From Candidatus Thorarchaeota archaeon (GTDB lineage: Archaea > Asgardarchaeota > Thorarchaeia > Thorarchaeales > Thorarchaeaceae), in contig JBHLRQ010000001.1 of NCBI GenBank assembly GCA_048882385.1, positions 79,340 to 141,750 of the forward strand: 62,411 nucleotides of DNA, given 5' to 3'. Under the pieces are notes generated by a model that was given only the letters and a program-made list of their open reading frames with translations, searched no databases and had not been told where the DNA came from. Both the position numbers and the translations under genes were made by a program. Shown here one piece after another: positions 20,248 through 29,321 of the stretch (within the stretch, counting starts at the first letter, position 1; the number at the start of each line of letters is the position of its first letter).

Positions 20248-20425
20248 TTGTGGACCTCCGAAGAGTGGTATCACAAGTACTGCTTGTAATACAATTTTGA
20301 GTAAATCGATTCGGATATAAAATGTGTGGTAAAAATGTCAATCAGACACAACCTTTTTGAAGACAATGAACTGGCTGAAAGCTCAATCTAGCTCTAATTG
20401 AAAAATACCATAGGAGACACATGAA

Positions 20426-20704
20426 ATGGATGTAGAACGAATAACGCACATCATGAACTCACTAATGGTTCTCTCCCTGCTGATTTGTGGCGGTCTTATT
20501 GGAATCATCATGATAACAGATGTGCCACTATCCAATACTACTGTGTCACTACCATTTGCTTTCCTGTTCATATTCATTGTCACCTTCATAACAATGGGTC
20601 AGATTAACGATAGACCAAAACTTACAGCAAAGTATCTTCGTGATTGGTTAATTATCTGTACTATTGGAATAATTATCAGTGCATTATCTTTCACATTCTA
20701 TTGA
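20426..20704 (+). CDS. Small membrane protein, three hydrophobic helices
   Basis: Hydropathy pattern; AGGAG upstream. Confidence 0.7.
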   Translation: MDVERITHIMNSLMVLSLLICGGLIGIIMITDVPLSNTTVSLPFAFLFIFIVTFITMGQINDRPKLTAKYLRDWLIICTIGIIISALSFTFY

Positions 20705-20751
20705 TACGAAACGTAAGAGTTTAGAACAGCAATGATATAGACCAACCCCGT

Positions 20752-21408
20752 TTGACCGATGTGATTGTAATGAGTAAAATCCTGCCTGGTACAAAGACTA
20801 CTCGCATGGAACTTCTTGCTTTGAAGAATCGTATGAGGCTGGCTGAGCGAGGTCATGATCTACTTAGAGAAAAGCGGGATTCTCTCATAATGGAATTCTT
20901 CAATGCTATTGCTGAGATCAAGGAAGCTCGAGAGAAGGTTGACTTGGCTTTATCAGAGGCATTCTCGGCACTAACTCAAGCCAAGATGGTAATGGGTCCA
21001 GCAAGAGTTGTAGAATTTGCATATGCTAGTAAATTTGAGGCTAATCTTAGTATATCCACAAGATCCATGATGGGGGTCCGAGTTCCTGTTCTTTCAGTTG
21101 AACAGAGATCTCCCGATCTTCCATACTCTCTAGCAGACTCTAGTGCTAAATTTGATGTCATGGGTGAAAAATTCAAAGAAGCTCTGAATGCAATAGTACG
21201 CTTGGCAGAGATTGAGTCAACAGTAAAACGCCTTGCTTTAGAAATTGAAAGGACTAAACGACGTGTTTCTGCTCTCGAAACAGTGGTTATCCCTCGTCTT
21301 GATGCTACTGCTCGTTTTGTTAAGCTTGCCCTAGAAGAGCGTGAACGAGAAGACTTTGTCCGACTAAAGATGGTTCGAGACTGGATTACTGCAGAAGAAG
21401 AACAATAG
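20752..21408 (+). CDS. atpD: A/V-type ATP synthase subunit D
   Basis: TRMELLALK.R..LA.RGHDLL.EKRD, IERTKRRV.ALE.V.IP, LEEREREDF.RLK; start may be ATG 20770. Confidence 0.95.
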   Translation: MTDVIVMSKILPGTKTTRMELLALKNRMRLAERGHDLLREKRDSLIMEFFNAIAEIKEAREKVDLALSEAFSALTQAKMVMGPARVVEFAYASKFEANLSISTRSMMGVRVPVLSVEQRSPDLPYSLADSSAKFDVMGEKFKEALNAIVRLAEIESTVKRLALEIERTKRRVSALETVVIPRLDATARFVKLALEEREREDFVRLKMVRDWITAEEEQ

Positions 21409-21433
21409 AACGTATTATCTGTAATACAAGCTT

Positions 21434-21853
21434 TCAATGTCTTAGCTTTAGAATAGCAGCAGCCAAGTCGCCTCCAGTTTCCTCAAGTGCCCGCTTTGCT
21501 ACTTCAATATCGACTCCTGCCTGACTTGCAACTAAAGCTGCATCCTCCATCGGAATCTCCCTCTTCTTTTCTTCCACCACTTCTGAAGTAGTAGTTCCAG
21601 TCTTTACTGGTGAACTTTCACTTAGCCCTCTTTCGTTTTTAGTTCCAGACACCTGAAATGTTTCACTGCCAGCTTGTTTGATCATTGTGACTTGAGCATT
21701 TGAAATGACCCATTCTTTATCATCAAAGCGGATAATGACTTCTCGAACACCATCAATCTCCTTTTGTTCTATACCCATTTTTTTCATCATTCGAGCCATT
21801 TGCTTTGGTGACATTCCTCTGAAACCCATAGAATCACTTCTCTGATTATACAC
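21434..21853 (-). CDS. nac: Nascent polypeptide-associated complex protein
   Basis: MMKKMGI NAC domain; C-terminal UBA-like LVASQAGV...ALEETGGDLAAAIL. Confidence 0.93.
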   Translation of the reverse strand: MYNQRSDSMGFRGMSPKQMARMMKKMGIEQKEIDGVREVIIRFDDKEWVISNAQVTMIKQAGSETFQVSGTKNERGLSESSPVKTGTTTSEVVEEKKREIPMEDAALVASQAGVDIEVAKRALEETGGDLAAAILKLRH

Positions 21854-21892
21854 TTATTCTAATTCAAGTCCCTTTTCCAGTAGATAAAACGA

Positions 21893-22726
21893 TTACGCTT
21901 TGTTTCGTTTTACACAAATATCAAACACGAAGTGTTCAATTCCAGGCGAATAATTTTTGACTCGAAGCACATCTGTTTTAGATTGAAATCCATAGTCGCT
22001 GCATTTCTCATTGATTAGCATTACAGTATGTTCAATTTCCGATTCAGGGATGGATAGGTGCATATGAATTATCCCTCCAGTATCTACAAGAGTATCAAAT
22101 GCAGCTGGTAAATAAGAAATCGTGTCGTGCAAATATCCCATAACAACACGATTTGCCTCTCTGATAGGATGCACATCACAACAATCACCCAATACTGCAG
22201 TTACTCTTTTAGTCAATCTATTCAGTTCAATATTCTTTATCAGAAAATCAAAAGCTTCAGGATTAATTTCTATTGCAGTCACTTTTACGTCAGCAGCTTT
22301 GGCAATATGAAGAGCAAATTGTCCAACACATGAGAACATATCCACCACTTTTTCTCCAGGTGTAACAAGTCTGGCTACACGTATACGTTCTGCTTTGTTT
22401 CCTCCTGAAAAGGTAAGACGAAGTGGATCAAGCTTGAATTTTACTCCACTCTCTATATGTGTAGTAATTGTATTACTATCACCTGCCACTAGTGAATAGC
22501 ATGGTTTTCTTGTTGGTCCTTTTGTTGGTCCTGTTCTTACAGCTACCGACTTAACACGAGAATCATATTCCAGGGTCATAGCTCCAATCTTGTCAGCATA
22601 ATCCATCAATTCAAAATCTAGATGTACTAGGGCAACATGTCCTACGAGATGAAAACCTGATGGCAATGGTAAATTATCTGGAATATCATCAAACAATTGT
22701 GATTTGAGAAAGTTTCTATACCTCAT
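21893..22726 (-). CDS. Trm5/Taw2 (TYW2)-family SAM-dependent tRNA-modifying enzyme
   Basis: FSGGNKAER.R, VVDMFSCVGQF, EINPEA, RVVMGY, VKNYSPG. Confidence 0.85.
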   Translation of the reverse strand: MRYRNFLKSQLFDDIPDNLPLPSGFHLVGHVALVHLDFELMDYADKIGAMTLEYDSRVKSVAVRTGPTKGPTRKPCYSLVAGDSNTITTHIESGVKFKLDPLRLTFSGGNKAERIRVARLVTPGEKVVDMFSCVGQFALHIAKAADVKVTAIEINPEAFDFLIKNIELNRLTKRVTAVLGDCCDVHPIREANRVVMGYLHDTISYLPAAFDTLVDTGGIIHMHLSIPESEIEHTVMLINEKCSDYGFQSKTDVLRVKNYSPGIEHFVFDICVKRNKA

Positions 22727-22751
22727 CGAGGTTCACAAATCTCTAAACAAT

Positions 22752-23954
22752 TTAACAGTAGATACTGCCTGGTGCCTGATCACCAATGCCTCTAGCTTGT
22801 ACCTTAGCTATTGCTTTACGAAAGTCATCTTGAGTGACACAAGTTCGCTTGTCACGAATGGCAAACATTCCTGCTTCTGTACATATGGTTTTGATATCTG
22901 CACCTGTCCGACCTTGAGTAGCCTTGAGGAGTTGATTAAAATCAACTGAAGAATGAACGTTCATGCCACGAGTGTGAATTTTGAATATCTCTCCTCTGCT
23001 CTCATCATCAGGTAGAGGAAATTCAATGATTCTATCGAATCTTCCGGGTCTGAGTAATGCTGGATCTAAAATATCTGGACGATTTGTAGCGCCCAAAACA
23101 GCAACTTGGCCACGGGTTTCAAAACCATCTAGTTCACTCAGAAGCTGCATTAATGTACGCTGTACTTCTCTATCACCCGAGGTAGCAATATCTAGTCTGT
23201 GCGATCCGACTGCATCTAGCTCATCAACAAAGATGATTGCAGGAGCCTTTTCTTTCGCTAACATGAAAATTTCACGAACAAGTCGTGCGCCTTCTCCTAT
23301 GAATTTCTGAACAAGCTCTGAACCAATCACTCGAATAAATGTGGCATTTGTTTCATGAGCAACTGCTCTAGCACAAAGAGTCTTTCCGGTGCCTGGTAAT
23401 CCTGTAAGAAGTACTCCTTTTGGTGGTTCAATACCAACTTTCTCAAATAGCTCTGGGTGCAGAAGGGGATCCTCAACTGTTTCTCTAATCTCTCTAATTT
23501 GATCATGGAGTCCACCAATCTCTAAGTAAGAAACAGTTGGAGCCTCTTCAATCTCCATTGCACGTATTATGGGATCACGAGATGGAGGTAACTCCTGAGT
23601 GATTGCAAATGATCTCTGATTGAGTGCTACTAATGCACCAGGTTGTAGTTTGTCTTTGGGAATCGATGATGCTACGTGCACTACAAAATTAGGTCCTGTG
23701 GAGCTCTTTACAATAGCTCTACCATCTTCAAGCATTTCTGTTATTGTGGCAGTAATCAATGGAGACTGTCTTAATTTTTCAAGTTCGGTTCTCAGAGTCT
23801 GAGTTTCTTTCTCAAGTCGACTGCGCTCAGCTTGTAGAATCTGTTTCTCCGTTTCCAGTGCACGAAGTCTTCGTTCCAGATGCCTAGTGTAGCTTTGTGA
23901 GTAAGCCGAGTCATCGACGCTACCTTCGTCTTTCGCATCTGTAGTACCTGGCAC
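22752..23954 (-). CDS. pan: Proteasome-activating nucleotidase
   Basis: Coiled coil + [31 protein letters not shown]-terminal HbYX (IYC). Confidence 0.96.
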   Translation of the reverse strand: MPGTTDAKDEGSVDDSAYSQSYTRHLERRLRALETEKQILQAERSRLEKETQTLRTELEKLRQSPLITATITEMLEDGRAIVKSSTGPNFVVHVASSIPKDKLQPGALVALNQRSFAITQELPPSRDPIIRAMEIEEAPTVSYLEIGGLHDQIREIRETVEDPLLHPELFEKVGIEPPKGVLLTGLPGTGKTLCARAVAHETNATFIRVIGSELVQKFIGEGARLVREIFMLAKEKAPAIIFVDELDAVGSHRLDIATSGDREVQRTLMQLLSELDGFETRGQVAVLGATNRPDILDPALLRPGRFDRIIEFPLPDDESRGEIFKIHTRGMNVHSSVDFNQLLKATQGRTGADIKTICTEAGMFAIRDKRTCVTQDDFRKAIAKVQARGIGDQAPGSIYC

Positions 23955-24130
23955 TAGATAGCACCTCAGGACTTCATCAACTGCAGATGTTTTAAGGATT
24001 GCTTTGTCGGAGCAGATACGATTTTGTAAAACCTTGATAATACATTCATATCTTCACCCACTAGCAATATGTCTAGTCGGTAATCTTTATCTGCACCCCG
24101 AGAATCAATAACAAAAAGAGGGAATCTGGT

Positions 24131-24712
24131 GTGCCAAGTTGTGAGCTTTGTGGCAGAGGCATGAAAGGTAGTGGCCGAAATGTTGTCATCGAAGGCGCGT
24201 CGATGATTGTCTGTCCACAATGCGCTGCAAGGTTTGGAAAACAGCCTACATCGTCCGTACCAAAATCATCATCTCAACCAAAAATGCGTCATTCATGGAT
24301 TGGCGGTCCAGAAAGATCTACACCATCACCACAGAAGAGAGTATTCACATCAAAACCAAAACCAAAGCCAAAATCTGGTGGAGTCCTACTTGATGATATG
24401 GAACTGATAGAAGATTATGCTAATACTATACGTAATGCAAGGCAGAAGAAGAACATGTCTCAAGAAGAACTTGCTCAAAAAATAGGTGAACGTATTTCAA
24501 CATTGCAATCCATTGAATCAGGACGATTAAAACCCACGGGTAAGACAATCAGAGGTCTTGAAAGAGAACTCGAGATATCACTTCTGGAAGCTGTGGGAAC
24601 TGTTCCAATAAAAGCAAGTAAGGGCGGTTCAGGTGCTGGACCAACTCTTGGTGATAGAGTCGTTGTAAAAAAGAAGATGTCTCAGAAAGCGCGCCAAGAA
24701 GATAATGATTGA
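24131..24712 (+). CDS. mbf1: Archaeal multiprotein bridging factor aMBF1
   Basis: Zn ribbon CELCG...VCPQC, Cro-type HTH, TLGD motif. Confidence 0.92.
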   Translation: MPSCELCGRGMKGSGRNVVIEGASMIVCPQCAARFGKQPTSSVPKSSSQPKMRHSWIGGPERSTPSPQKRVFTSKPKPKPKSGGVLLDDMELIEDYANTIRNARQKKNMSQEELAQKIGERISTLQSIESGRLKPTGKTIRGLERELEISLLEAVGTVPIKASKGGSGAGPTLGDRVVVKKKMSQKARQEDND

Positions 24713-24860
24713 ATTTAATGTCTGATTACATTCAGCCTAAGAACAGCTCTTATATACTATTTAGTCGTATAATACTACAGGTGTAAATTTCCAACTGCGG
24801 ATGTTTTCGCTATTGTAAAATTCAGTCGATTAGTCAACTAACTATCTATTATTTACCTAG

Positions 24861-25394
24861 GTGATTTCGTCAATGGTGCATACTAACTTCAATCACGACC
24901 TCTTTCGACTTGTTGTAGAAGAAATAGCAGGGAAAGAAGGGGTTGATGTATCGACCGTATTAGTAAATGCAGAAGAAACTACTGACGAAGAAATTGCTAC
25001 TAAGACTGATCTCAAACTGAATATTGTCCGAAGAATTCTATACAAGCTTCATGATAATCACCTTGCATCATATAGAAGAATCCGAGACGCAAATACAGGG
25101 TGGTTCCTTTATTATTGGCGAATTGACCCGAAAAAAGCGCAAGCTCTGGTGAACAGAAAGAAAAGAATGGTACTCAATCTGCTTGAACAACGGTTAGAGC
25201 ATGAAAGCAACAATGATCTCTATACCTGCATAAATCGCGATTCCTCACCCGTACCATTCGAAGAGGCTATGAATCTCTCTTTCCGATGTCCAACATGTAA
25301 TGGTCAGCTTGAATTCGTTGACAATGAAAGAGCAATCTCATTCTTGAGAAAACGTGTAGAAGAGCTCAAAGCCGATTTAGAGGCATCCTCCTAG
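24861..25394 (+). CDS. tfe: Transcription factor E alpha
   Basis: TDEEIA...VRRILYKL, GWFLYYW, FEEAM...FRCPTC. Confidence 0.95.
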   Translation: MISSMVHTNFNHDLFRLVVEEIAGKEGVDVSTVLVNAEETTDEEIATKTDLKLNIVRRILYKLHDNHLASYRRIRDANTGWFLYYWRIDPKKAQALVNRKKRMVLNLLEQRLEHESNNDLYTCINRDSSPVPFEEAMNLSFRCPTCNGQLEFVDNERAISFLRKRVEELKADLEASS

Positions 25395-25466
25395 TTCATC
25401 TCATTTTCAAAGGCTGCTACAAAAGGTACTTAGCAGATTTATTGGAGTCACGTCAGAGGGTTCCAC

Positions 25467-26228
25467 TTGAAGATTACACTACTTACAAAGGCATATGGGG
25501 CATATCGAGGAAGACTACTAGAAACTATCAGGTCTGAAATCTCCATAATGATTACAGAGCTTGATGCTACCTTGATCAGCATTGGTACTGATAGAAAGAA
25601 CCGAATTGTGGTGAATATTGAAGGTGAGGATGAGGAATTTGTTTCTAATGCGCTTGCCAAAGAATATGGGAAGTCCTTACTCTCAGATGATCTAAGTCCA
25701 AATACGGTATATCCCGGACGTTTTGTAGATGTTGGAAAAGTTGGATACGGATTATATGTTGACATTGGGGTCATCGATTCACCAAAAATGGATGCACTAG
25801 TTCCACTTCATAAAATACGGGAACAACTCAATCTTCTCGCTCCCTTGAAGTCAATCACTGAGGCATTTGTATTAGCAGATTATCTCCCTGTTGAAGTCAT
25901 ATTAACAAATATCGACCTGTACAATAATCGAATAGAAGCGGAATTTGATCAGAAAGTAATAGCACGTGTAAAAGAATGGCTGCATGATGACCATGAAAGA
26001 CTCTTAGTATTTGGCGCCAATCAAAGACAAATTGAAGGTAAGTTGAAGAAATCTGGCCATAGAGAAGATATCTATGAAATTGAACAATTAGGGAAGTTCG
26101 AATTCTCATTAAGATGCAAAAGAAGTACACGTGCATCAGGAATACTTGCCGCAATAGGTCCCAGACTTAGAGGAGTCCCAATGCATTTATTCATACCAAA
26201 AGAACTCTTGGCGATGCAAAATGCCTAG
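25467..26228 (+). CDS. DUF2110-family protein
   Basis: GKVGYGLYVDIG motif; usual position after tfe. Confidence 0.75.
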   Translation: MKITLLTKAYGAYRGRLLETIRSEISIMITELDATLISIGTDRKNRIVVNIEGEDEEFVSNALAKEYGKSLLSDDLSPNTVYPGRFVDVGKVGYGLYVDIGVIDSPKMDALVPLHKIREQLNLLAPLKSITEAFVLADYLPVEVILTNIDLYNNRIEAEFDQKVIARVKEWLHDDHERLLVFGANQRQIEGKLKKSGHREDIYEIEQLGKFEFSLRCKRSTRASGILAAIGPRLRGVPMHLFIPKELLAMQNA

Positions 26229-26901
26229 GCTTGATGTCTGGCTTGTAAAAACAGAGCAATTCTCTTCTCGCCAAGCTGCAAAACGAGCTATCAATGATGG
26301 TCTAGTCATTGTTAATGGAGAAAAATGTAAGCCATCAAAACAAGTTTCTGAAAAAGATACAATCGAAATTATGAGTCATGATTCTGATTTTCCAATTGGT
26401 TTCAAAAAACTGAAGGAAATTGATGAAAGACTAAATGGAAATCTGTTCAAGCTTCCATGTTTGGCTCTTGATATTGGTAGTTCTGCTGGAGGTTTTCTCA
26501 CGTACTTGGCAAAAAAAGGGGTGGAAGCTGTAGGAATAGAGGTTTCAAATAGATTTACTGAAAATTTGCATTCAATAATAGAGGAATATCCTCGGATTTC
26601 AGTAATTATTGCTGATGCTTTTGAGATGGATCCAACTATCATAACTAAACCAGGAAGCCTTGATGTTTTACTTGTAGATGTTACAACAGATCCAGAGGGA
26701 ACATTAACTCTGATTGATAGATTCAGTAATCTTCTCAAAAAAGAGGGATGGATGCTAGCAGCTTTCAAGGTCAATCCTAGTGATGTAGAAGTTATTACAG
26801 GTTTCAAGAAATCAATCTTCCAAATGGGTTATGAAAGAATTCATGAGATTTGCCTTGATACAACACGTCAAGAAGTCCACATTGTTGCAAGTCGTACGTA
26901 A
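26221..26901 (+). CDS. S4-domain RNA methyltransferase (TlyA/FtsJ-like)
   Basis: RLDVWL...SRQAA...I..G.V.VNG S4 domain; LDIGSSAGGF. Confidence 0.85.
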   Translation: MPRLDVWLVKTEQFSSRQAAKRAINDGLVIVNGEKCKPSKQVSEKDTIEIMSHDSDFPIGFKKLKEIDERLNGNLFKLPCLALDIGSSAGGFLTYLAKKGVEAVGIEVSNRFTENLHSIIEEYPRISVIIADAFEMDPTIITKPGSLDVLLVDVTTDPEGTLTLIDRFSNLLKKEGWMLAAFKVNPSDVEVITGFKKSIFQMGYERIHEICLDTTRQEVHIVASRT

Positions 26902-26938
26902 GCAACTTTTTATTTGAATTAACAACGCCACTTGTTCA

Positions 26939-27048
26939 GGGCCGCTAGTCTAGCCCGGCTATGATGTCTCGTTTACACCGAGAATCCAATCAAGCTTTGT
27001 GCTTGTAGGTATCGAAGGTCGCTGGTTCAAATCCGGCGCGGCCCACCA
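26939..27048 (+). tRNA. tRNA-Val(TAC) with about 32-nt non-canonical intron at the anticodon-stem/variable-loop junction
   Basis: Acceptor GGGCCGC/GCGGCCC-ACCA; anticodon arm TCTCG-TT-TAC-AC-CGAGA; T arm GCTGG-TTCAAAT-CCGGC. Confidence 0.9.
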
Positions 27049-27152
27049 CTATTCATCTCAACGCCAAAGAGATGAAGAGTGAATAAAATGGGAAGAAAAT
27101 ATGCGGTGAGTTCCTACAAGAAGAGTGGGATGACTACAACCTTTCTGGTAAC

Positions 27153-27274
27153 GCGGGAGTAGCCAAGCCAGGTCAAAGGCGGTGGACTTAAGATCGCACT
27201 AAGACATGGGGTCAAGTGGATAAGATATCCACTCTCGTAGGAGTTCGTGGGTTCGAACCCCACCTCCCGCACCA
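27153..27274 (+). tRNA. tRNA-Leu(TAA) with 34-nt intron at about 37/38
   Basis: GCGGGAG/CTCCCGC-ACCA; GTGGA-CT-TAA-G[intron]A-TCCAC; long variable arm. Confidence 0.92.
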
Positions 27275-27331
27275 TTTTTCTCATGGTACATATACCAACT
27301 TCTAAAACAAATCTACAAGGAACCTTTCGAT

Positions 27332-27895
27332 ATGCCTATCCAAACACTAGTTTCAGCCACAGGTCTAGTCTTATTGATGGAACTTGGTGATAAGACAATG
27401 CTCACAACAGTTTGTCTTAGTGCTCAATATAGACGCCCTTGGTTAGTACTTCTTGCTACAATAGCTGCTCTTGCAACTTCTTCAATCATCGCAGTCATTA
27501 TTGGATTCATTCTCTCAGCAACACTCCCTATCGAAATCATAGCTTATGTTTCAGGTATTCTTTTCATTACTCTAGGTTTGTATACACTAACAACATCAAA
27601 TTCAGACGTTCCTGATACATGTGATAATCCTGGAACAATGTTTGGAATGTTTTCACTTGTACTAATGTCTGAACTTGGTGACAAAAGTCAGATTACTATT
27701 CTTGCACTAGCCGCACAAACTCCTTTTGCTATCATGGTGTTTATAGGATCCATCATTGGGTTTCTTATTGTGAATGCAATAGGTGCTTGGGCTGGAGACC
27801 GTGTAGCTACACGCATACCACTAAACATTGTGAAGAAAGTAGTTGGAATCATATTCATTCTGTTTGGCGTACTCATAGTCATGGGAATCCTCTAA
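27332..27895 (+). CDS. TMEM165/GDT1 (UPF0016) cation transporter
   Basis: Two ELGDK(T/S) motifs, about 6 TM segments. Confidence 0.93.
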   Translation: MPIQTLVSATGLVLLMELGDKTMLTTVCLSAQYRRPWLVLLATIAALATSSIIAVIIGFILSATLPIEIIAYVSGILFITLGLYTLTTSNSDVPDTCDNPGTMFGMFSLVLMSELGDKSQITILALAAQTPFAIMVFIGSIIGFLIVNAIGAWAGDRVATRIPLNIVKKVVGIIFILFGVLIVMGIL

Positions 27896-27923
27896 TTGCA
27901 ATATTCTATATGACGAAGCCTTT

Positions 27924-29321
27924 ATGTCCCAAATAGCATCGTTGAGTTCGAACTCGAAGGTGAGGATATCATTGAGTCTTGATGGTTCGGGTTATAGTGG
28001 TCTTGCCTTAGAAAAGCTCTCCAATTCTAAAGTAAAAGTTGGAGATACAATCAGAATTACACAGAATGGTGAGGAGCAAGTTGGAGTGCTTATGCCCCGA
28101 AGCCAAGTTGGGAGCGATACATTTCATGTTATTATAAAGCTCGACAGTGGATACAATATCGGAATTAGGTTGAGCCAAGAAACCACGATCCGGAAAATCA
28201 GAGCTGGGAAAAGAAAACAAGTGATTGAAACTGAGTCTAAAACGGAGAAAAAGAATTTGCCAACAGTATCAATTCTAAGTACAGGAGGTACAATTGCAAG
28301 TAAAGTTGACTATCGTACAGGTGCAGTCAATCCTGCTTTAACAGCTCAAGATCTATACGATACAGTTCCAGAACTCAAAAACTATGCCAATATCCAAGCA
28401 GAGGTCATTATGAGTGTTCTTTCAGAGAATATTCGATCCAAGGACTGGACAAAGATTGCCAATAGTGTGGCTTCTGAAATCAAAAAAGGCACAGATGGAA
28501 TAGTCATTGCACATGGTACCGATACACTAGCAGTCACATCTGCTGCACTATCCTTTGCTCTTCAGAACCTTCCAGTTCCTGTGGTTCTTGTAGGATCACA
28601 AAGGTCCTCAGATAGGCCATCCTCAGATGCCGCTATGAACCTTATCGGTGCGACAACCTTAGCTGCAAAAGCTGATGCAGCTGAAGTATTTGTTTCAATG
28701 CACGCAGAAACTAGTGATAACTATCTACATGCTCATCGAGGTACAAGAGTTCGTAAGCTCCATACCAGCCGTCGTGATGCTTTCCAATCAGTAAATGATT
28801 ATCCAATATTCAAAGTAGTTGGAACTGAAGTAAAAGAACTCCGCACACCATTACTACGTAGAGATAAAGACCGGAAATTTGTATTGAAGCCAAAATTCGA
28901 GGAAAAGGTGGCTCTTTTCAAGACCAGTCCAACGGTTGATGGAGTGCAAATTGAGCACCTGATAGAAACAGGATATCGAGGAATTGTAATCGAAGGTACA
29001 GGTCTCGGACATGCTCCAGATCGATTACAACCATCAATAAAGAAAGCAATTGATGAGGGGATTATTGTTGCTATGACAAGCCAGTGTCTATTTGGCAGGA
29101 TAGACATGAATGTCTATCGTTCCGGAGTGGAGCTGCTTGATATTGGAGTTGTTTCATGTGAAGACATGCTACCAGAAACTAGTCTTGTCAAGCTCATGTG
29201 GGTAATAGCAAATACCAAATCACCAGAGAGTGCCAAAGAACTGCTATTGAAACCGCTTGCTGGTGAAATCGACCTGCGTAGCGAGGAGTCTGAGTATAGC
29301 TCAAACCTCGGAGGGAATTGA
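27924..29321 (+). CDS. gatD: Glu-tRNA(Gln) amidotransferase subunit D
   Basis: IKLDSGYNIG, TGGTIASKVDYRTGAV, HGTDT, GSQRSSDRPSSD; start may be slightly downstream. Confidence 0.97.
   Translation: MSQIASLSSNSKVRISLSLDGSGYSGLALEKLSNSKVKVGDTIRITQNGEEQVGVLMPRSQVGSDTFHVIIKLDSGYNIGIRLSQETTIRKIRAGKRKQVIETESKTEKKNLPTVSILSTGGTIASKVDYRTGAVNPALTAQDLYDTVPELKNYANIQAEVIMSVLSENIRSKDWTKIANSVASEIKKGTDGIVIAHGTDTLAVTSAALSFALQNLPVPVVLVGSQRSSDRPSSDAAMNLIGATTLAAKADAAEVFVSMHAETSDNYLHAHRGTRVRKLHTSRRDAFQSVNDYPIFKVVGTEVKELRTPLLRRDKDRKFVLKPKFEEKVALFKTSPTVDGVQIEHLIETGYRGIVIEGTGLGHAPDRLQPSIKKAIDEGIIVAMTSQCLFGRIDMNVYRSGVELLDIGVVSCEDMLPETSLVKLMWVIANTKSPESAKELLLKPLAGEIDLRSEESEYSSNLGGN

Larger units (their letters stand above)
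8915..22476. repeat. Dispersed palindromic motif field (T)GTAWTAC(A)
   Basis: GTAWTAC cores at 8915, 9284, 10682, 11044, 11541, 12145, 12944, 13617, 14015, 14594, 15088, 16146, 16896, 17480, 18467, 18952, 20286, 21421, 22470 (manual scan). Confidence 0.85.
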
